Under the pieces are notes generated by a model. The model was not told where the DNA came from. It was given only the letters and a program-made list of their open reading frames with translations, and did no database searches. Source: Pirellulales bacterium (GTDB lineage Bacteria; Planctomycetota; Planctomycetia; Pirellulales; PALSA-1355). Taken from it: 64,000 nt of DNA. Position 1 is the first letter of the stretch. Every line of letters starts with the position of its first letter. Below, piece after piece: positions 57,555-64,000 of the stretch. Both the position numbers and the translations under genes were made by a program. Where the stretch lies: NCBI GenBank assembly GCA_022844125.1, contig JALHMI010000017.1, positions 93,687-157,686 of the forward strand, read 5' to 3'.

Positions 57555-58334
57555 TCAGAACGGAAACTTGTCGTCGAGCTTCGCGTTGGAGAGTTCGACC
57601 AGGAACGGTGAGAGGCGCTCGACGACGGCATCCAGCAGCTTCTTGCCCTTCTCGGCCGTGGCCGCGTGCGGATAGCCCGAGCCGGAGTTCGTCGTCAGCA
57701 GGTGCCAGGGGCGGGTGATCGAAACCCAGCCTTCGTTGACGGCGCGAAACCGCGTCTTGGCCACGGCGCCGTCGTCGGCGATCAGCGTGCCGTCGGCATT
57801 GCGGGCGACGAGCTCGGGGAAGTATGCCAGGCCAAAGGACGTTTCCATTTCACCGGCGTGGTCGTCGGGATGGTCGAAGATGTCGGCGGCGAGATCCTTC
57901 ACCGCGCTGTACCAACTGACGAGAAACACGTTCACCGAAGTCTTGCCGTAGAGTTCGCGAACGAGGGCCTTGAACTCGTTGCCGCCGTGGCTGTTGAGCA
58001 GTACGAATTTCTTCACGCCGTGATGCTCGAGCGACTTCACCAGGTCGGTAATGACGGCGAAGAGTGTCGAGGGGTTCAGGTTCATGGCCATCGGAAAGGC
58101 CATCTGGTTGGTTTCGGTGCCATAGGGGATCGTCGGCAGCAGAGCGACCTTGGCTCCCTGATTATGAGCCGCTTCGCAGATCTTCTCGCCAACGACGGTG
58201 CCTTCGAACAGGTCGGTTCCGTAAGGCAGGTGCAGATTGTGCGGCTCGGTGGCGCCGCAAGGGAGCACGGCCACTTCGTAGCGATTGTGTTTCAGATACT
58301 CGTAGTTGACGTCGGCAAGGGCCCAAGGACGCAC
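57555..58334 (-). CDS. Creatininase-family amidohydrolase
   Basis: 259 aa. The pattern LPCGATEPHNLHLPYGTD and LLNSHGGN is typical of creatinine amidohydrolase/MftE-like proteins. Confidence 0.75.
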   Translation of the reverse strand: MRPWALADVNYEYLKHNRYEVAVLPCGATEPHNLHLPYGTDLFEGTVVGEKICEAAHNQGAKVALLPTIPYGTETNQMAFPMAMNLNPSTLFAVITDLVKSLEHHGVKKFVLLNSHGGNEFKALVRELYGKTSVNVFLVSWYSAVKDLAADIFDHPDDHAGEMETSFGLAYFPELVARNADGTLIADDGAVAKTRFRAVNEGWVSITRPWHLLTTNSGSGYPHAATAEKGKKLLDAVVERLSPFLVELSNAKLDDKFPF

Positions 58335-58472
58335 GGTGAGGATACTCCAGATGGCGAGACGGTGGAGGAGGAATCGTAGCCGCTGATGATACCCGCTTGG
58401 GTCGGGGTTCGAAACCGGTGGGCAAGCCAGACAGTGGCACCCGGAAGAAGAGTCACCCAGAAACAGCGCTCA

Positions 58473-59924
58473 CTACCGAGCCGCGGTGGTGGGCTCGCCG
58501 GCGCCTTCGCTCATGAAAGCGCGATACTGGGCATCGAGCTGATCAAAGCTTTCGCCCATCAGTTCGGCGAGCGACTGTGGTTTGGCGCGGCCGGCATAGA
58601 CCGTGGCCAGGTAGCGGTTGAGTGCGTCGCGCTTGGCGCCGCCGCCCGCGTGCATGAAGAAGTCGGCGAGGCCCGCCGACTGGCTGTAGATCATCGCGAT
58701 TCGGGGGTCGCGCTGCAGATCCTGGCGGCTGGTCGCGGTAAGTTCGGCGAGCGGCACATAGAACTGATCGGTCAGCAGGCGGTGCCGGGCCGCCGGCACG
58801 CGGCCGGCATTTGCTCCGCCGAGCGTGTAGTAGCCGTCGTGCGCGGCTAGCGATTCCATGTAACAGGCAATCGCTTCGACGATCCAGAAGTTATCTTTTG
58901 CGCCGACCTGGGGTGCAACGTTGCGCGTCTCCTGGAAGAGTTGATGCGCGCCTTCGTGAAAGAGCGTGCCGGGATCCTGCTCTTCGCCGGCGAAGAAGTA
59001 AGCCTTGCGCGTGGTGTCGAAATAGATGCCCAGCGTGATGTCGATTTGTGGCTGGGCAGAACGAAGCGCCGTGACGTATTCGTCGCGCGTGCGGAAGTAG
59101 TATACGTCGTGCTGCCGAGGGAGCGGGCGTGGCGCCTTGCCGTCAAGCTGCTTGGCGAGTTCTTGCTCGGTGGCCAGATACGTCGCGAACACCTGTCTCC
59201 ACAGCGAGTGCAGAAGTTCCAGCCGGCGGGCGAGCGAGACCCCTTCTTCCAGGCTGTGGTTGGTGGTGACCACGTAGTGATCAGTTTCAATGCGCCAGCC
59301 GCGCTGCATGTCAATGCGCAGATTGGCTTCTTCGTCGGCAGTCATCCAGCGGCCGAGGGCATTCCGCTCGCCGCGCTCGTAGCGTTCGACATGGGCTTTC
59401 GGCAACCAGCCGAACTTCTCAGTCCAAACCTTACCGGCGCGGAGCTGCCGCGCCTCGAACGGGGTGCGCCAGGCGTCCTGGTACTTCACATAGCCGAGCA
59501 TCTTGCGGGCGCGCTCGTGGTCGGGATTCTCGCGGAGCGCTTCGACCACGAGCTCCATCACCAGCGAGGGGCGATGCTCCGCGATCGCTTGTTTGGCGAG
59601 CGCCATGAGCGCATCGGCCTGGGCATCGCGCAGGTCTTGCCACTTCACCTGCTTCGCCGAACTGGCGGCATCGGCGGCGGGAAACATCGTGCTTGGCGGC
59701 AAGAACAACGTGAGTTGCTCGGGATCGCGCTCCGGGACCCAGGCCCGGATGGCCGCGGCGGCTTCCGGCAGATTTTGAATGTCGCAGCGCTTGGCGACTT
59801 CTTCCAGCTTGCCGCGGTAGCTCGTGTAAAGTGCGGAGCGAGCCTGATCGACGTCGGCGCGCAACGAGGCGCAGGTGGAAAGGACCAGAAGCAAAACGGG
59901 GAGAGCAAGGCGGAATCGCGGCAT
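58473..59924 (-). CDS. Secreted DUF1570-like protein with an HExxH motif (putative metallopeptidase)
   Basis: Signal peptide. LFHEGAHQLFQE. The architecture is common in Planctomycetota. Confidence 0.6.
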   Translation of the reverse strand: MPRFRLALPVLLLVLSTCASLRADVDQARSALYTSYRGKLEEVAKRCDIQNLPEAAAAIRAWVPERDPEQLTLFLPPSTMFPAADAASSAKQVKWQDLRDAQADALMALAKQAIAEHRPSLVMELVVEALRENPDHERARKMLGYVKYQDAWRTPFEARQLRAGKVWTEKFGWLPKAHVERYERGERNALGRWMTADEEANLRIDMQRGWRIETDHYVVTTNHSLEEGVSLARRLELLHSLWRQVFATYLATEQELAKQLDGKAPRPLPRQHDVYYFRTRDEYVTALRSAQPQIDITLGIYFDTTRKAYFFAGEEQDPGTLFHEGAHQLFQETRNVAPQVGAKDNFWIVEAIACYMESLAAHDGYYTLGGANAGRVPAARHRLLTDQFYVPLAELTATSRQDLQRDPRIAMIYSQSAGLADFFMHAGGGAKRDALNRYLATVYAGRAKPQSLAELMGESFDQLDAQYRAFMSEGAGEPTTAAR

Positions 59925-60038
59925 AGTTTCAGTCTAACATGCCGGTGGCGGAAACCGGCGCGCGGCTGAAATGGTCGGAATTCGCCAGGATATTAGCCCG
60001 AAGCGCGCTTCGGGCTACTATTGTGGGCCTTGTAATGC

Positions 60039-61238
60039 TCACACCTCATCCGCGAACGACAGCCGCTCGCGGATTGGGGGGTGGCTGTGGAACAGGAAGA
60101 CCTCGACGGGATGCGGGTCGGGATCGTCCTTGTTCAGCCGGGCCAACTTGCGAAAGGCTGACTGATAAGCGACCCGCAGACCAGTGCGCTTGAGCGCATA
60201 GCGATCGCACTGCCGCTCGTAGCGGCGGCTGATCGCATTCTGCACCGGTTCGAGCACCAGGCTCATCAGCGTCAGCACAAGCATCAAGAGCGGCAGCGTG
60301 CTGGGTGGCAGCTCGTATGCCGTGAGCGGGCCGTAGCGAGCTTGGGCCCAGGCCATCACCACCCAGTTGCAGAGCGCAAAGCCGACGAGGCTATACACGA
60401 GGCCGGCGAAGATCATTTTGCGAATGTGCTTGTACACGTGATGGCCGATCTCGTGGGCGAAGATCACTTCGATCTCGTCGGGCGAGAAGCTGTCGAGCAG
60501 CGTATCGCCCATCAGCACGCGGCGGGTGCGGCCCAGGCCGGCGAGCATCGCGTTTGCCTTGACGGTCTCTTCGCTGAGGCCCATCCGGTAGACGCCTTCG
60601 ATCGAGAGGCCCGTGCCGGCCGAAAGCTTTTGCATCCGCTCGTTCAGCTCCGGATGATCGAGCCGCTCGACTTTGTAGAACAGTGGAATGATGACGACCG
60701 GCGCGAGCTGGCCGATGAGCACCGAAACGGCGAAGAACGCGCCCGCGGCGGCAATCCACCACCAGGGGCCCGTGAGCCAGATGATCCAGTACAGCCCCAC
60801 GACCAGCACGAGGCCGAAGGCCAGCGACAGGCCGTTGCGCTTGAAATAGCGCAGCAGCCAGCGAGCGAATGTCTGCCGGCTGAGGCCGTAGCGATGCTCG
60901 AGCGTGAAGCCCCCGTAGAGTGAGAGCGGAAACGAGATCGCCATGTGGGCGAGCGTGGCGCAGGCAAAGATGCCCACCAGCCGCAGCGTGTAAGACGGTG
61001 TGAGCTCGCTCAGCCAACGATCGAGCGGCACGGCGATGAGCAATGCCATCACGAACAGGAACGCGACGTCGAGCGCCTTGTCGACGAGCCCCACGACGAG
61101 CGACTTCTGGCCGTACTCTTTCGCTTCGGCCAGTTGCTCGGGGGTCATCTCTTCGGCTGAATCCTGCACCGTAACTTTAGCAGCGACAGGTTCTTCGATG
61201 GGCGGCACGAGCGCGTCGCTCGAGTCAGGCTGGCTCAT
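60039..61238 (-). CDS. M48 family (Ste24/HtpX-like) zinc metallopeptidase
   Basis: Multi-TM N-terminal half. FAHEIGHHVYKH zinc motif. C-terminal HPPIRERL. Confidence 0.8.
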   Translation of the reverse strand: MSQPDSSDALVPPIEEPVAAKVTVQDSAEEMTPEQLAEAKEYGQKSLVVGLVDKALDVAFLFVMALLIAVPLDRWLSELTPSYTLRLVGIFACATLAHMAISFPLSLYGGFTLEHRYGLSRQTFARWLLRYFKRNGLSLAFGLVLVVGLYWIIWLTGPWWWIAAAGAFFAVSVLIGQLAPVVIIPLFYKVERLDHPELNERMQKLSAGTGLSIEGVYRMGLSEETVKANAMLAGLGRTRRVLMGDTLLDSFSPDEIEVIFAHEIGHHVYKHIRKMIFAGLVYSLVGFALCNWVVMAWAQARYGPLTAYELPPSTLPLLMLVLTLMSLVLEPVQNAISRRYERQCDRYALKRTGLRVAYQSAFRKLARLNKDDPDPHPVEVFLFHSHPPIRERLSFADEV

Positions 61239-61259
61239 GGGCGAGTGCTCCTCGTGCGA

Positions 61260-62870
61260 CTACTCGGCGGCCGGCAACTGCATCAGCCGCTGCAACTGCT
61301 CGGCCGGATACAGGCAGAAGGCGTACTCTCGCGAAGCGAGGATCGATCGCGCGCGGAGTAGCGAGGCCAGCCGCTCACGTTCGGCGATGATCATCTCGCG
61401 CTGGCCGGTGACGTGCGACTGCAAAGCGGCGTTTGCCGTGCGAATGTGATCGCCGCGAAGCTTGGAATTCTCGCGCGTGGCGGGTGTTTCGATCCAGTGC
61501 CGCTTGGTGGCCACGAGTGAGCCAACTTCGCCATTGGCGGATGCATCGACGAAACGCTCGGGATGATAGATCGTCTCGCGCAGCCGTTGTCCGACCCGGC
61601 GAGCATCATCCTGCGAGACGACGGCCTGTTCGATCGGCAGGCGAAGTGTCGCCGTGAGCGTCATGTAACACGGCGGCTTGATGCCGAAGAAACGCTCGAT
61701 AAGCGCGTCGGTCACGTGATCGTACTTCGCGCCGCCGATGCCGTGCAGGAACAAATCGCCCAAACACAACCGGGCGAAGAGCGTCGTGATCAAGGCGCGG
61801 GTGCGAATCCGCAAGCCGCCCGCGGCAAGCTCGGCCAATTGGGCGGCCGCACGATCGACATCGCCTTCCGGTTCGAGCGCCAGGGCGTGCTCGATTCGTC
61901 GGCGATCGGAGAGGATGATCTCATCGCCGCGCTGGCGCACAAACAGCCGGCGACGGCGCGGATTGTCGCGATCCCAGATCCAAAACGGCGCTTCCAGCCA
62001 GCCGTCTTCAATGACCAGGTCGGGCACGGGGTGCGCCGTGCTGCGGACGTGATTTTCGTGGCGGTATTCGGCGACCGAGTGATTGTAGAGTTCCCACAGA
62101 CGCGGCAGACGCGCGAGCAGGTGGGCCGTGAACCAATTGAACGACGGCAACCCACACACGCGGCTTTGCGGAATCTCGAGAGTCGTGGCGCCCCAGATAC
62201 CTTCTTGCTGATGGCGGGCTTGGGCCAGGCACTGACCGAGGTTTGTGACGCTCTGCGAACGCTCGACGACCAGCGGCCAGAACTCGCGAACCAGGGGATC
62301 GCCCACCAGGGGAGCAATCGTCTCGGCAGCGCGCTGGCCAAAGCTGGCCAACAGCTCGCGATCGATAATCTCGCGTTCTTCGTAGGGAATCTCGTTGGAC
62401 TGTGCGTCGAACGGCACGCTCTCGGCGTACGGACTCGACGAGGATCCCGTCGGTACGCGCACCGCGGCTGTTTTGATGGTATCGCTGTCGATAGTCAGGT
62501 TGACTGCCACGCCGCCATGGCGCTGGGCCAGATTGCTGAGCACGAAGTTCTTGAACCACACGCCGGGATGAAACAGCTGTGGCTGATGACCCGCGACAAG
62601 AATGGGCGTCTCGGGCGCCATCGACGGCAGCGGCACGTCGCGATAGGCGCGCGTGTAATCCCACGCGGCTTCCAGCAACTCTCGGCGGGCGTCGGTAATC
62701 AGATGCGAGAGTGGGCGGCCGCCAATGTCGTAGTCGTAGCTGGACTTGGCCGCCGCGTTGCGTTCGATCACCTCGCCGATCATTTCGAGCGGCGGTTCGA
62801 CGAGCGTGCCGCCATTCTCGGCAGGCGCCCGCAGTTTCTTTCGCTCGCAAGCTTCGCCCATCAGCTTCAT
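61260..62870 (-). CDS. Hypothetical protein (weak BshC-like N-terminal motif), in an operon with the GT2 gene
   Basis: ATG at 62870 directly abuts the GT2 stop. VAGHQPQLFHPGVWFK loosely recalls the GGQQxGLxxGPxY motif of BshC. Not a confident call. Confidence 0.35.
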   Translation of the reverse strand: MKLMGEACERKKLRAPAENGGTLVEPPLEMIGEVIERNAAAKSSYDYDIGGRPLSHLITDARRELLEAAWDYTRAYRDVPLPSMAPETPILVAGHQPQLFHPGVWFKNFVLSNLAQRHGGVAVNLTIDSDTIKTAAVRVPTGSSSSPYAESVPFDAQSNEIPYEEREIIDRELLASFGQRAAETIAPLVGDPLVREFWPLVVERSQSVTNLGQCLAQARHQQEGIWGATTLEIPQSRVCGLPSFNWFTAHLLARLPRLWELYNHSVAEYRHENHVRSTAHPVPDLVIEDGWLEAPFWIWDRDNPRRRRLFVRQRGDEIILSDRRRIEHALALEPEGDVDRAAAQLAELAAGGLRIRTRALITTLFARLCLGDLFLHGIGGAKYDHVTDALIERFFGIKPPCYMTLTATLRLPIEQAVVSQDDARRVGQRLRETIYHPERFVDASANGEVGSLVATKRHWIETPATRENSKLRGDHIRTANAALQSHVTGQREMIIAERERLASLLRARSILASREYAFCLYPAEQLQRLMQLPAAE

Positions 62871-63655
62871 CCGCGGGTCCCTCGACACAACTGCTCGCGC
62901 ACGTGGGGCGGACGCATGTCCGGACGACCCGCAGCACGGTCCAAGACCTCATGATAATACTTCAGGCGGCGTGCTGCATCGTCGAGGGCCCCGCCAAACG
63001 AGCGCTCTTCGTCCAAATAGATCAGTGGAACCGGCAATTCCAGAATTGACAGCCCAGCCCGCGCAGCTTGCACCCAGACTTCGAGCGGCATGGCGTAGCC
63101 GGTTTCGGCGATGTCGAGCGCGGCGAGGGCCTGGCAGCGGTAGGCCTTAAAACCGCAGAATGCGTCGGTGAGGTTCAGCCCCAGCCGCTGGTTCAGCTCG
63201 GCCGTGATCTGCATATTGATCCGGCGGCGGTCGGCAGGCGGAACGCTTTGATCGTCGAAGATTTGCAGGTACCGGCTGCCTGAGACGATCTGGGCCTGGT
63301 CGGCCGCTGCGACGAACTCGGGGATTCGCTGCGGCTCGTGCTGTCCGTCGCAGTCGATGGTCACCAGCACGTCGTAATGATGGTTGAGCGAATACTCGAA
63401 CGCGGTGCGGAGCGCGGCGCCGTAGCCCTGATTCTTTTCGTGGCGAACGTGAATAATGTCGCCGCGCGCGGCCAGCAGTTCGGTCGTGCCGTCGGTCGAA
63501 CCGTCGTCCACCACGAGCACTTCGGGGCTGAACTGGAGCACGCGGTCCAGCACTTCGCCGGCGTGTTTGACTTCGTTGTAGACGGGAAGCGCCGTGAGAA
63601 AGCGGGTAGGCATGAGAGGCCTCGCAGATCGAGCGTCGAGATCGGAACGCATCAT
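62867..63655 (-). CDS. Family 2 glycosyltransferase (polyprenol-phosphate sugar transferase-like)
   Basis: LPVYNE ... VVDDGSTDGT ... NQGYGAAL and the DCD motif (VTIDCDGQH). Alternative ATG at 63613. Confidence 0.8.
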   Translation of the reverse strand: MMRSDLDARSARPLMPTRFLTALPVYNEVKHAGEVLDRVLQFSPEVLVVDDGSTDGTTELLAARGDIIHVRHEKNQGYGAALRTAFEYSLNHHYDVLVTIDCDGQHEPQRIPEFVAAADQAQIVSGSRYLQIFDDQSVPPADRRRINMQITAELNQRLGLNLTDAFCGFKAYRCQALAALDIAETGYAMPLEVWVQAARAGLSILELPVPLIYLDEERSFGGALDDAARRLKYYHEVLDRAAGRPDMRPPHVREQLCRGTRG

Positions 63656-63751
63656 TCTAGACGAAAGCCTCCGAAAGGCGACGGTTGCCGGCCAGGTGGC
63701 GCACCGGCCGGCGCGCGGCGACGTGGCCCAAACATATTGAATCTCCGCATT

Positions 63752-64000
63752 TTACAGCCATTGGATCGGGTCTCGCTCGGTGCGGCTGGCCCAGACTTTG
63801 AGCTCCCTAAACTGGCGGGCGAGCACCTCGGCGAGCTCGTCGAGGGCGAATCGCTCGCTGGCGAAATGACCCGCTAGCACGAGGCCGACACCGAGCGCCT
63901 CGGCCTCGAGTGCGGTGTGAAAGCGGACTTCGCCGGTGACGAGGCACTCGCAACCGGCGGCTTCGGCCGGACCAAGGAACTCGCCGGCGCTGCCGCAAGC
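63752..64000 (-). CDS. Nif3-like dinuclear metal centre protein, C-terminal part (5' end outside the window)
   Basis: Minus-strand frame open from the window edge to TAA at 63752-63754. Translation ...CLVTGEVRFHTALEAEALGVGLVLAGHFASERFAL... matches the NIF3/YbgI C-terminus. Confidence 0.65.
   Translation of the reverse strand, partial: ACGSAGEFLGPAEAAGCECLVTGEVRFHTALEAEALGVGLVLAGHFASERFALDELAEVLARQFRELKVWASRTERDPIQWL

Overview
High-GC chromosomal segment with hallmarks of a Planctomycetota (Pirellulales-like) genome: PEP-CTERM proteins, TIGR03067- and DUF1570-type proteins, PQQ-like propellers, and a 1751-aa ThuA/LamG/propeller/HEAT/cytochrome c fusion. Most of the window is ordinary housekeeping and metabolism (pyrE, rlmN, csrA, a sugar ABC transporter, two purine nucleoside phosphorylases, hydrolases, a K+ channel, an SSS transporter, peptidases). 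Two accessory regions stand out. (1) A 12.3-kb phage-like integrative element (about 23.24-35.55 kb) sits inside an amidohydrolase gene. Both junctions share a GGCTT core, so attB and attP can be reconstructed to the base. The element carries a large serine integrase whose stop codon lies in host DNA, two further resolvase-type recombinases, a TerS/TerL pair but no recognisable capsid, portal or tail genes, a TET/JBP-like dioxygenase operon, a more A/T-rich divergent pair (nucleoside 2-deoxyribosyltransferase/TIR-like protein plus a 3-TM protein), and three sets of operator/iteron-like repeats. (2) A polymorphic toxin locus (about 43.9-49.2 kb) has a 483-aa protein ending in an HNH/AHH-like nuclease, a double-CxxC + RraB-like putative immunity protein, and a frameshifted second RraB-like copy. 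These are followed by a duplicated 3' fragment of the downstream PNP gene joined directly to an orphan toxin C-terminal cassette (AHH-type) with an Imm11/DUF1629-like immunity gene. Several intergenic hairpin and MITE-like repeat families are also present. No tRNA, rRNA or CRISPR array was found. All functional calls rest on motif recognition by eye; no database search was run.
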